Shown here in pieces: positions 10,280 through 21,200 of a stretch of 64,000 nt of DNA. Below the pieces are notes generated by a model. That model saw only the letters and a program-made list of their open reading frames with translations, was not told the origin of the DNA and ran no database searches. This DNA is from a virus. The translations under genes were made by a program, and so were the position numbers. Numbering within the stretch: position 1 is the stretch's first letter; each line of letters opens with the position of its first letter. The stretch covers positions 1 to 64,000 of the IMG/VR virus record IMGVR_UViG_3300049436_000052, one strand, 5' to 3'.

Positions 10280-10708
10280 ATGATACAAAGACTATTTGAT
10301 GACTATAAATTTACTAGAACCTATATCGGAGGTTCAAAAGCAAAAGAAAACAAACTTTTAAAAGAAGTCGATAAAAATGAAGATTGGATCAGATACAAAT
10401 CTTTAGCAACAGAATTCTTTGATGATAGTTTAAATGTTATCCTATCTTGGAAAATTATCACAAAAACAATCTCTCAAATTATTGGTGTTATTTCAATAAT
10501 TTCATTATTTGCTTTTATATTAACAAATGGTTTAAACTCCAAATATACAGCAATATTTGGAATAGTAACTGCATTAATATTTTTTATCGTTTCAAAAGTT
10601 TTAGAAAAAAAACTAAGAAAATGGCATTTTAGTTATGACCTAATCTTAGGTTTTATTCTAAACAAAATCGAAGAAACCACTAAAATAAAATTATCTAAAA
10701 ATAATTAA
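10280..10708 (+). CDS. Small membrane protein with 2 predicted TM helices
   Basis: Hydrophobic IIGVISIISLFAFIL and AIFGIVTALIFFIVS; has its own promoter and terminator. Confidence 0.65.
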   Translation: MIQRLFDDYKFTRTYIGGSKAKENKLLKEVDKNEDWIRYKSLATEFFDDSLNVILSWKIITKTISQIIGVISIISLFAFILTNGLNSKYTAIFGIVTALIFFIVSKVLEKKLRKWHFSYDLILGFILNKIEETTKIKLSKNN

Positions 10709-10744
10709 TAATGCATTTTTTCTTTTTAGTTTTTTCATATTTTT

Positions 10745-10768
10745 AAGCCACATATTGTGGCTTTTTTT
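10745..10768 (+). terminator. Rho-independent terminator
   Basis: aagccaca-tat-tgtggcttttttt. Confidence 0.75.
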
Positions 10769-10800
10769 GTTTTTATAAGTATTTATAAAAAATTATAAAA

Positions 10801-11277
10801 ATGGAAAATAATGACGACAATTTAAAACTGATCTACATTTATAAAAATGGTCATAACATTAAAGGAGAATCAATGTATGAATTTATTTTTTCGAAAGATC
10901 CTTCAAATATTGATGCCGAAGAATGGGGTTGGAATCTATCTCCTGCTTGTGATAATGCTGAACCTCCTAGTGAGAATTATATTGATGCCACAATTACATT
11001 AAGAACAAAACAATTTAACTTATTTTGTTTACATGAATCAGTAAATCACGAATATATTCATGGTTATCATACAATACACGCATTGGCATATGAATCTGAA
11101 AATATTGATGAAGATGGATATGAATCTTACGAAAATATGTTTGATGATAACTTTGACATGCCTTTACTTGTTTTTCATTATGGAACTAGCCTAAAACAAA
11201 TAAAAGATCTTTTAAATCCCAGAAACGTTATTTTTAAAAATAATGAATTTGTGGATATTAGTTCAATAAAATTATAA
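10801..11277 (+). CDS. Hypothetical late protein upstream of the terminase
   Basis: 158 aa, acidic; late motif at 10779-10786. Confidence 0.55.
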   Translation: MENNDDNLKLIYIYKNGHNIKGESMYEFIFSKDPSNIDAEEWGWNLSPACDNAEPPSENYIDATITLRTKQFNLFCLHESVNHEYIHGYHTIHALAYESENIDEDGYESYENMFDDNFDMPLLVFHYGTSLKQIKDLLNPRNVIFKNNEFVDISSIKL

Positions 11278-11416
11278 AGCATATAGTATTTATATTTGCA
11301 GATCTTACCAAATTCGGATGATTCTGTTTCGAAGCTTGATAGAACCAGATTTCTACCAAGCTTTGCGTTTTTTAGAATGATAGTATTTATAAAAAAATAT
11401 AAAATATTATCATTAT

Positions 11417-14400
11417 ATGACAAAGAAAAAAACTCCAACAACCAACACCAACTCACCTAAAAAAAAGGTAGTAAAGAAAAAAACCGAATCAGAAGTTCTT
11501 GATCATGTACCAGTTGTACCATACAATTTTAAACTTGAACATGAAAAAGAAGAAGCTAGAATAAAAGCTTTTGAATTAAGAAAAAAAGGAAGAAACTTAG
11601 AACCTATAATCGTTACAGAGGAAGGTTTAACAAAAAAAGCATCTGAATTAAGTTTTGTCGAATGCCAACACGAAATAATCCGTTGTGCAACAGATCCTAT
11701 TTATTTTATTGAGACATATTTAACTATCTTCGATCAAACTCAAGGTGATGGTGGTATGATCGTACCTTTTAAATTATTCGATTTTCAAAAAAAATTGATT
11801 CATACATACCTAAACAATAGATTTATTGTAGCAAATAAGTATAGACAAGCTGGTATATCAAAAACCACTGAAGCATACGTTGCATGGTATTTAATGTTTA
11901 ATATGAACAGAACAGTTGCAATTATTGCCAACAAATTGGAAACTGCAAAGGATGAAATAATGAACGATATCATCGGTTTCATCGAAAATTGTCCAGAATG
12001 GTTAAGACCAAAAACTGGTAAGGAAAGCGAAAACAATTTGAAAGATACTCAAAAAATGAAAAGATATGATAATGGTTCAACCATTAGTGCATTTTCAGCA
12101 ACAGGAATTCGTGGACCCGTGCCAACTTTAGTGTTTTGGGATGAAGTAGCATTTACACAAGACAATGACAAATTTTGGCTTGCTACATATCCATCATTGC
12201 AGACTGGTGGTGGTGCTATTATGGTTTCATGTGTAACAAAAGATACTTTTACATATACAGATAAAGGAATTAAACAAATAAAAGACTTTATTCCAAATGA
12301 AGATTTGGGTGGTCATATTATTGATGAATACAATGTTCTTGGAATAAATAAACTAAGAAAAGGAAATATATTTTTCAATAATGGGTTTGTTGATACTTTG
12401 AAAGTAAAAACTACATATTCTGAATTAGAATCAAGTTTAAATCATAAATATTGGGCATATAAAATTAAAGAAAATAAATATGGAATTTATAAAGCATCTG
12501 AACTTGAAGTTGGAGATTATGTTTCAATTCAATATGGTATGGAAATTTGGAATAATAATAATGATTGTTCCGATTTTAAACCAACAGAATCAATTAATAT
12601 AAAAAATAGATTTAAACCTACAGAAATAACTCCAAATCTAGCATATTTAATTGGACTATATATTAGTGAAGGTTATGCTTTTGATAATATTAGAAATGAT
12701 TTTGTTCATACAACCCAATTTACTTTGACTTGTGGTGATTCTTTATCACATATATTTGATGAAATTGGATTTAAATGTTATTTTGATGGTATCCATTATA
12801 CAATTAGTTCAAAACAGTTGGGAGAATTTTTTAAATATTTAGGTTTTGATTTAAAGAAAAAAGCCAAAGAGAAAATTATACCTTCAAGACTTCTTGAAAT
12901 GAGTAGAGAAAATATTGTTGCTATGTTACAAGGTATTATGGATGGTGATGGGTATGCTTCATATGATGCTAAAAGAAATAAAATAAAAGTAGGTATTGGT
13001 TTATCATCAAAAGAATTAGTTCAACAAATTAGAATGATTTGGGGAAATTTTGGAATATTAACCGACTATCAAGAAGTTCTAGTAAAACCAACAAAAAAAG
13101 TAAAAGTTTTTTCGAATTCATATAGAATTGTCGCAACTGGAGAATTTGCTGAAAAATATTTTTCTGAAATTGGATTTAGATTTGAAAGAAAACAAGAAAA
13201 AATTCAACTATATGACAAATCTAAAAACAAACATGCTGGAACTTTTGACAACATTCCTAATGGATGTAATTATTTGTATGAGATATATCAAAAAATAAAA
13301 ACATATGGCGAATTAACAGAATTACATGAAAATGACATAAAAATTAGACATCAAGTACAACATTTTCCTCAATTAATTAATTCTCCATCAAGTAGAAAGG
13401 TGTTGTTGAGATTTATTGATTTCGAAAAGGGACTTTTAACTAAAAAATATCTTGAATCACTATCTCCAATTATTAACGAAAATATAATTTGGACACCAAT
13501 TAAAGAAATTGAAAAATCAAAAAATTGGACGTATGATTTTTCACTTCCAAATGACATTATTGAAGAAAACGATTTTCATCACTCTGTTGTATACTCCCAA
13601 ATCATTGGCTACCAAACACCAAACGGTCTAGATTCGACGTTCTACAAGACTTTCAGAGGGGCACGCTCTAAAGAGAACAATTTTGCTGCTGTTGAACTAT
13701 GGTGGTTTTGCGATCCTAGATATAACAAGGGTTTGGTTTGGTTAAAAAATAAAGGTAAGACAAATCAACTAAAAATTGTTGATGAAAATTGGACTGATGA
13801 AGAACGAATAAAATTGATGGATGATGGTTGGGAGGCGTCTAGTCCTTGGTTTGAGGATCAAGTGAAAAATGCTAATGGGGATATGAAGAGGATAGCCCAG
13901 GAGATTCAATGTTCGTTTTTGGGTTCTGGTGATAACTTCATAGCTGAAGAATATTTAAAAGACATTGAAGAAAACATGGCTTGTGCACCAATTAGACAAG
14001 AATATATAGATTCAAATATGTGGATTTGGGAAGATCCACAAGCAGGTGAGGATTATATAATGGGTGTTGATGTTTCCCCTGGTCATGGAGAAGATTGTTC
14101 GACAATTAATATTTTAAAAATTAGTGAGATTGTTGAAGAAAAGGTTATTATAAAAAATGATAAACCAAAAAAAGTTAAAATATCTAAACATAAAATTGAA
14201 CAGGTTGCAGAATATTATGGAAAGGTATCTCCCCAAATGTTATCAGAAATAGTATATCAATATGGTAAAAGATATAATGACGCATATTGTGTTGTTGACA
14301 TCACAGGTGGTTATGGTTATTATACGATTGAAAAGTTGATTGAAATTGGTTATGCCAATATTCATTATGCAGATGTTAATCATAAGAAATTAAGGGATCA

Positions 14401-14878
14401 GTTATCTGGTTATGTTAAACAAGGTCAAAAAACTATGTCTGATGGTTCTGTGGTTAGTATTGATTTAATCCCTGGGTTTTTTATTGGTTCAAATCGTGCT
14501 TCTGTTTTACTTGAATTACAGAGAACAATTCACATGAAAGAAATTATTATTAGATCAATGAGATTATTAAATGAATTAAAAACATTTGTAACTGTATCTG
14601 GAAGTCGGGTTGCTGATCATAGACGTAGTTTTCATGACGATTCAATTATGGGCTTATCAATTGCCCTATATGTTCTTAATTATGATATTGATAGATTTAA
14701 ACAAAATAAAAAAAGAAATGAAAAGATGTTGGATGCTTTTTTAACAGCAAACGATATTAAAGAAATTGAAATAAATAACAGAGATAAAAATAATAAAATA
14801 TTTTCAGAAACTAGTGTTTCTCCGTTAAATCCATATGCTGCAAATTCTTGGTTGTTTAAAGGTTTGAAAAAGAGATAA
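11417..14878 (+). CDS. terL: Terminase large subunit (T4 gp17-like) with one intein
   Basis: LFDFQ, KYRQAGIS (Walker A), VFWDE (Walker B), spliced MVS|TPNG, YIMGVD and HDDSIM nuclease motifs. Confidence 0.95.
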   Translation: MTKKKTPTTNTNSPKKKVVKKKTESEVLDHVPVVPYNFKLEHEKEEARIKAFELRKKGRNLEPIIVTEEGLTKKASELSFVECQHEIIRCATDPIYFIETYLTIFDQTQGDGGMIVPFKLFDFQKKLIHTYLNNRFIVANKYRQAGISKTTEAYVAWYLMFNMNRTVAIIANKLETAKDEIMNDIIGFIENCPEWLRPKTGKESENNLKDTQKMKRYDNGSTISAFSATGIRGPVPTLVFWDEVAFTQDNDKFWLATYPSLQTGGGAIMVSCVTKDTFTYTDKGIKQIKDFIPNEDLGGHIIDEYNVLGINKLRKGNIFFNNGFVDTLKVKTTYSELESSLNHKYWAYKIKENKYGIYKASELEVGDYVSIQYGMEIWNNNNDCSDFKPTESINIKNRFKPTEITPNLAYLIGLYISEGYAFDNIRNDFVHTTQFTLTCGDSLSHIFDEIGFKCYFDGIHYTISSKQLGEFFKYLGFDLKKKAKEKIIPSRLLEMSRENIVAMLQGIMDGDGYASYDAKRNKIKVGIGLSSKELVQQIRMIWGNFGILTDYQEVLVKPTKKVKVFSNSYRIVATGEFAEKYFSEIGFRFERKQEKIQLYDKSKNKHAGTFDNIPNGCNYLYEIYQKIKTYGELTELHENDIKIRHQVQHFPQLINSPSSRKVLLRFIDFEKGLLTKKYLESLSPIINENIIWTPIKEIEKSKNWTYDFSLPNDIIEENDFHHSVVYSQIIGYQTPNGLDSTFYKTFRGARSKENNFAAVELWWFCDPRYNKGLVWLKNKGKTNQLKIVDENWTDEERIKLMDDGWEASSPWFEDQVKNANGDMKRIAQEIQCSFLGSGDNFIAEEYLKDIEENMACAPIRQEYIDSNMWIWEDPQAGEDYIMGVDVSPGHGEDCSTINILKISEIVEEKVIIKNDKPKKVKISKHKIEQVAEYYGKVSPQMLSEIVYQYGKRYNDAYCVVDITGGYGYYTIEKLIEIGYANIHYADVNHKKLRDQLSGYVKQGQKTMSDGSVVSIDLIPGFFIGSNRASVLLELQRTIHMKEIIIRSMRLLNELKTFVTVSGSRVADHRRSFHDDSIMGLSIALYVLNYDIDRFKQNKKRNEKMLDAFLTANDIKEIEINNRDKNNKIFSETSVSPLNPYAANSWLFKGLKKR
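12230..13615 (+). mobile_element. Intein with LAGLIDADG endonuclease in the terminase (462 aa)
   Basis: Starts CVTKDT, contains YLIGLYISEG and MLQGIMDGDG, ends IIGYQ before Thr+1; removal restores STPNG. Confidence 0.9.
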
Positions 14879-14979
14879 TAAAAATTTACTAAACAATAGA
14901 ATTTTATAACATGTCCAGAAAAAGTATTAAATCTGGGCATATATCTATTTTTTGTTCAAAAACTGGACAAATGATTTAA

Positions 14980-15222
14980 CTATTCACTTTCATTGGATTT
15001 GATTTGTTCTTTTTCTGCGTTAATTTTTGATTCTTCTGGATTATCTAATCCAAGATTTTCGGCAATTCTCATTATTAAATCTCTTTCTTTTACAGTAAAT
15101 GGTTTTTTAAAACCAGTTTGCTTCGAAGCGATTAATAGCTTATTTAATAAAGTAATAAAGGTATCAATGTCTTCATCTTGTATCTGGAGATTTAATGCTC
15201 TAAGTTGTTCGATTTGAATCAT
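14980..15222 (-). CDS. Hypothetical protein
   Basis: 80 aa ORF with plausible composition. Confidence 0.5.
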   Translation of the reverse strand: MIQIEQLRALNLQIQDEDIDTFITLLNKLLIASKQTGFKKPFTVKERDLIMRIAENLGLDNPEESKINAEKEQIKSNESE

Positions 15223-15296
15223 TTTGTGTGAATTAGCACTTCATGTTATTTTATATAAATAATTCGAAAAAGATTTTATTTAATTAAAATTTTTTA

Positions 15297-15623
15297 TTAA
15301 ACATCAAAACGAAAAGTTTCGTCTTTTGGTGGTATTATTTCACCATAAATTGGTTCAGATTTATTCCATTTACCGTCTTTACAGCTAAAAATAATTTTAA
15401 AAACTCTAGTTGTTGGAAATATATTTAAATTCCAAGAACCAGCATTATTTTTTATTTGTTTATAAACAAATTCAACAGTATCACCAATCTCATTAGCCTC
15501 AATCAATGTTGGATTTAGCCATTCAAGATGAAATAATGTATTTTGAGTATTAGGAATAGTTGATCTGCTATTCAATAATGAATTGAATGAACAAGATGAT
15601 TGTTCTAATTTGTTTTTTTCCAT
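15297..15623 (-). CDS. Hypothetical protein
   Basis: 108 aa in a packed minus-strand operon. Confidence 0.5.
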   Translation of the reverse strand: MEKNKLEQSSCSFNSLLNSRSTIPNTQNTLFHLEWLNPTLIEANEIGDTVEFVYKQIKNNAGSWNLNIFPTTRVFKIIFSCKDGKWNKSEPIYGEIIPPKDETFRFDV

Positions 15624-15635
15624 GTTAAAGATTAA

Positions 15636-16244
15636 TTAAATTACATTATTTTTTAAAATTTTTATTTCAAGTTTTAATTCTTCAATAACTCTATTAAGTT
15701 CCATTATTTCATTTTTCCCATTTAACCAATAATTATAAAATTTTCTACATAAAACATTTTCGAATTCCAATTTATTTTTATGAATAAATGGTGCTTGTTT
15801 TATTATTTTTAGTTTTGGATATGTTGTTTCACTAAAATAAATTAAACCTGCATATTTAGGAATTTCATCTACTTTAATTAAATCTTTTGGAACGACATAA
15901 AAAAACTTATTTGGCCTAAAATTATATAAATGTTCAGTTAGTATCGTTTCTTTAACTTCTGGTTTTTTTGTTTGTTCATTAATTTTCCAAGATCTATGTT
16001 CTGTAGTGTATTTACCTTCTGATAGTATTAAATGTTTTGTTATTTTTTTCTTATCATTAAAAAAATCTGCTCGATTAATTTTTACTTCGAATTCATACGA
16101 ATAACCATTTCTTTTTTGAATAAAAAAATCACTTTCCCAATCAGATTTGAATATAAGGGCATTTGATAGTTTGTAAACTATATTTGATGTGTTGTATGAA
16201 TTGCATAAAACTTTAATTATAGTATTTTCGTTAATTGTAGCCAT
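15636..16244 (-). CDS. PD-(D/E)xK nuclease-like protein (MmcB-like)
   Basis: WESD...EFEVKINRADFFND...PNKFFYVVP...AGLI. Confidence 0.65.
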   Translation of the reverse strand: MATINENTIIKVLCNSYNTSNIVYKLSNALIFKSDWESDFFIQKRNGYSYEFEVKINRADFFNDKKKITKHLILSEGKYTTEHRSWKINEQTKKPEVKETILTEHLYNFRPNKFFYVVPKDLIKVDEIPKYAGLIYFSETTYPKLKIIKQAPFIHKNKLEFENVLCRKFYNYWLNGKNEIMELNRVIEELKLEIKILKNNVI

Positions 16245-18061
16245 TTATATTATAACGCATTAAATTCTCTATTTTATCAAGCGTATCATTAATTTCAAAA
16301 ATTATTTCATCAAATAAAACATATCGTAATTTTGTTTCATAATTATCTAATATTTTATTTCTAAACAATAAAACCACTAAATTAGTAATTAGTTCATCAT
16401 TAACGTTATTAATAAGTTTTTCTTCAAAAGATCTTATATTCATTTTTATTTAGTTTATATTTAAATTAATTACATATAATAAATCGTAAGAAACATTCCT
16501 TTCAATTCCGTTTAATTCAATATATAGAATATTTGCCAAATCTTCACTAAGTAATTTAGTTTCATAAAAAAAAAGAAAAGTGTTTTTAGTAATTAACTGA
16601 TCATTGATATTATGTTCAATTCTTCTGCAAAAATTTATTACATTCATTTTCCAAACCATTAAATTAGTAATTAGTTCATCATTAGTGTGATTAATGAGTT
16701 TTTCTTCAAAAGATCCAATATTCATTTTATTAACAATGTATTAAATTATTTGGATTTTTTACTACAAAAAAAGTTCTATTGGAAATTGTTTCATTAATAT
16801 CATTCATCTCCAAATTTATTTCTGCAATCATTTCGCTAAGTTTAAATCCTGTGCTTACATTTATAAATGCAAAACGATAGTTTTTATCTAATTCACTATT
16901 ATTTATTATTTCATCAGAAATGTTATTTAGTAGATTTTCTCTAAATTTTTTAATATTCATTTTCCAATCTTTTTACTAAATCGAATAATTAATTCACCAA
17001 CAAGTAGATCGTAATCATCATCTGGCCTAGCAGGAATGAATCTTGATGGAATTTTACCAGTTTTATACATTTCATCAGTAAGATAATCAACCCGCTTTAA
17101 AAGTTCTTCATCTGTTAATGTACATAATCTAAAAGTAGAAATAGTATTCATATTGTCATTCTTTAAATATATTTAAAACTTATATTTTTATCACAATTAC
17201 TATGATAATTTATAGCATCTAATTCATTTTTAATTTCAACAAATAATACACTAAATAACATTCGTTCAAAATCATTTAAATAATAATCATTTCTAATAAT
17301 GGCAAATTTAATAAAATCATCTTTAACAACATTTGTTAATTTCTCTGCAAAACCATCTACGAACATCATAAAATATAGTTAGAATCCATTGGTGTTAAAT
17401 GATATAATTCTGCTAATTCTGAACTTAATAGTCGATATATATTCTCATATATATAATATGAATAAATTAAAATATCTGGATCATATTTAATTAACTCATC
17501 CCCTAACCCAATAATCAATTTTCTTCTAAATGGATTAGGAACTTTCATATTACTATCAACATAGCCAAAATTAAGATCCATGTTATTCTATCCTTTAATT
17601 AAAGTCATTTATTAAATCTTTAAACATCGTCTCTAATTCAAAATATTTCAAATCAAAACCAATTAATCCAATATTTAGATAAATAGTTTCACTATAAGAC
17701 AAACCACGTTGATAATCTTCAATTAATAGATCTTTAAGATTTTTATTAAGTAAAAATTCAAAAAAACTAATATTCATCTAATTAATATTTTTTACAAATT
17801 TACGACAAACACTTAAATAAAAATTTAATAAAAATAAATAAATGTACCACCAATATCTGAACAACTATATATACTACTTAATTCAGCTTTTATCTGAAAA
17901 TAGAGTTCATCAGCTAAATTTGATTCAAATTCGTCAAAAAAATCACTTCTATCAAGAATAGAGTACACAATAAAACTATCTTTAATTTTAAACGATAAAT
18001 TATTTACAAAATTTTCAATAAAATTACTAGTTATTAATCTATAAAATTCAATGACGTTCAT
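16231..18061 (-). CDS. Tandem cluster of 8 microprotein genes (16231-16443, 16450-16725, 16730-16960, 16957-17151, 17163-17369, 17366-17581, 17595-17777, 17825-18061)
   Basis: Abutting or overlapping 60-91 aa ORFs; most start MNI/MNV-x-x-F followed by L-x-N...DE(L/I)I. Confidence 0.65.
17772..17806 (-). promoter_or_regulatory. Bacteroidetes-type -7 promoter (TAAATTTG) with leader, duplicated at 18056-18090
   Basis: tcgTAAATTTGtaaaaaatatt(a/g)attagATGAA occurs twice. Confidence 0.65.
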
Positions 18062-18110
18062 CTAATCAATATTTTTTACAAATTTACGATAAAAAATCAT
18101 TCAAACCAAA
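18056..18110 (-). promoter_or_regulatory. Bacteroidetes-type promoter TTTG-N20-TAAATTTG at the head of a microprotein island
   Basis: CAAATTTA at 18079-18086 and CAAA at 18107-18110 on the plus strand. Confidence 0.65.
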
Positions 18111-18211
18111 TTATTTAATTGTAAGATAATTTTTTAGTATTTATGATAAAAATTTACATACTTTTCAAGAAATGAGAAGTATTTATATAAAATTATAAAA
18201 TTTTATAAATA

Positions 18212-21200
18212 ATGGAAAAAAATAGCATTTATCAAACATTAAATAAATTATTGAATTTCGATGGAACAAATTTCCAATCTCAACAAACAATAGTCGATAC
18301 CCCTAAAAGAGAAAAAATAATTATAAAAGGTGCAAGCCCTGAAGAAATTAAATTAAAAGCTCTTGAATTAGAACAAAAAAGAGAACTTCAAAGAAAATTC
18401 TTCAAAACAACTGAGAGAGGTCATCAAAAAGCACTTCAATATGAAGCAGCAAGATTACAAATGTATCTTGATTTCGAAAGTATGGAATATTACCCACTAA
18501 TCGCAAGTGCTCTGGATCTTTATATGGAAGAAGCAACAACAATTGGATTAAACGGAAAAATGTTAAATGTCTATTCAAATAAAGATAGAATCAAATATCT
18601 TTTAGAAGAATTATTTTATGATATTATAAATGTTAATGTTAACCTACCGTTTTGGACGAGGAATTTGTGTAAATATGGAAATAATTTCAATTTATTATAT
18701 GGTGAAAGAAAAAAAGGGATCTCATATGTTAAACAACTTGTTAACTATGAAATAGAAAGAATTGATAAAATCGTTGATGGAAAACCCACTGTTAAATTTA
18801 AAGATAGAACAACTGGTGATGAATTTAATCCATTCGAAATCGCACACTTCCGACTGTTAGGAGATGATAGAGCGATTCCATACGGAAGTTGCTTAGAATC
18901 AAATAGTTATATAAAAACTATTGATGGTGTAAAAAAAATAAAAGATATTAATAAAAATGATATTGTAATTTCATTTGATTTAAAAACTCAAAATAAAATT
19001 CAATCAAAAGTATTGGATACCATATATAGTGGAAAAAAAGAATGTTTTAAAATATCAACAAGACACAATTTTGTTGATGGTTCAAAAGAACACAAAATAT
19101 TAATATACGATAAAACAAACGAAATTTTTAGATATGAATTTATTGAAAATCTAAAAATTGGTGATTATTTAATCATTAATAATTATGATAATAATAATAG
19201 TGAAAAGCATATTGATAAAACAGAGGAATATACAATAGACAGAATTAAACGTGAATATCATTATTTTAATAATATTAATTGTATTCCAGATATTGTAACT
19301 GTAGATTTTGCTAGATTTTTAGGTTTTATGTATGGTGATGGGTGGATTTCAAAAAATAAAGATGTTATTTTTGCTTTAGGAATATATGATGAACAAAATC
19401 ACAAATATATTGATTTACTTGAAAAATTTTCAGGAGTTAAACCTAGATTGATTAAAGGTAATGTTTTAAATAATTATAAATATAGTCAAGCTATTGTTGG
19501 TTCAAAAATGTTTGCAACAATATTAAAAAGATTAGGATTTTATGGAAAATTTAACACTAAAAAAATTCCTGATTGGATTTTTAACTCATCTTATGAAATT
19601 AGAGAAGCGTTTTTAGATGGCTTTGTAGATGCAGATGGATCTACCTATATTGATAAATGGAACTGTGTTAGATACCAAATTGAAATAAATAATCATGATT
19701 TAATTCATGGTTTGAAATATTTGATTCAGTCATTGGGTTATAAAAGTGGCAAAATAACTCATAGAAATTCAAGATCTAGTTATATTGAAGGAAGAAAAAT
19801 AAATTCCACAGGATCTTATTATTTTTATTTTTTCAAAAGTAAAAACAAACAAACTAAAACACATGAAATAAAAAATAGATTAACTGAAAATTTTATAATT
19901 GAACCTATAATTTCAATTGAAACTATAGGATATAAAGACGTTTATGACATACATGTTGATAATGAAAATCATAACTTTTATGCAAATAATATTGTTGTTC
20001 ATAATTCAATTTTAAACAAAGTTAGAAGAGTATTTCGTCAATGTTTAGATGGAAAAACAAAAATTTATACATATAATGGATTAAAACACATTGAAGATAT
20101 TAATATTGGCGATGATATCTATTCATTCGATTATGACACGAATAACGTTATTAATTCAAAAGTAAAAAATGTTTCTAATAATGGAATAAGAGAGAGATTT
20201 AAAGTAACTACAAATGACACTAATATTACATTAACTAATGATCATTTATTGTTGACTTATGATATTAATAATAAATCTTATAGTTATAAAGATATTAGAT
20301 CTATTGATAAAGATATTGATTATTTAGTATCTCCAGTAATAGATGATGTTGATATATATCAAAAAATTATAGATATTGAATATCAAGGAAATGATGTTGT
20401 TTGGGATATTGAGGTAGATAATGAACTTCATAATTTCATTGCAGAAGGAATTGTTGTTCATAATTGTGTTATGGCCGAAGATGCGATGTTAACAAATCGT
20501 TTAATTCGTGCAGGTTCGAAACGTGTATATAAGATTGATGTGGGGAATATGGATGATGATGATATTGATCAATATGTAATGAAAGTTGCCACAAAATTTA
20601 AGAAAAGTACTCAGGTAAATCCATTTGATGGACAAATTGATCATAGATTTCATATAGCAGGAAACGATGAAGATATTTTTCTTCCAGTTAGAAATGCAAA
20701 TAGTCAGACAGGTGTTGATACGCTGGACGGATCGAATAATATGAACGAAATTCAAGATATTGAATTCCTTAGAAGTAATTTGCTTACAGGTTTAGGTGTT
20801 CCAAAGCCTTTTCTAAGTTTTCAAGATGCTGGTGGTGGTGGAAAGAATTTGGCACAATTTGATATACGATTTGCAAAAAAGGTATCGAGAATTCAACAAG
20901 CCATGATTCAAGAATTGAATAAAATTTCGATGATTCATTTGTTTTTATTGGGTTATTCAGGTGATGATTTATCTGATTTTACATTATCACTTACAAATCC
21001 ATCAACACAAGAAGATTTGTTAAAAGCTCAATTAGTTAGAGAACAAGCTGGTGCATATGCAGAATTAACTCGTTCAGAATCTGGTATTGGTGGAATGTCT
21101 CATACAAATGCAAAGAAATTCATATTTAACATGAGTGATAGGGAAATTGTTAATGATCTTAAACAACAGAAAATGGAAAGGGTTATTATGCAAGAATTCC

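Noticed and set aside
10801-11277. Small terminase call for the gene upstream of terL
   Set aside because: Supported by position only; no recognisable gp16-like or HTH features
11298-11366. Hammerhead ribozyme
   Set aside because: CGAAAC occurs on the minus strand but there is no correctly placed CUGAnGA core on the same strand
11178-11456. 92-aa minus-strand ORF across the terL upstream region
   Set aside because: Overlaps two real genes and promoter motifs; no supporting features
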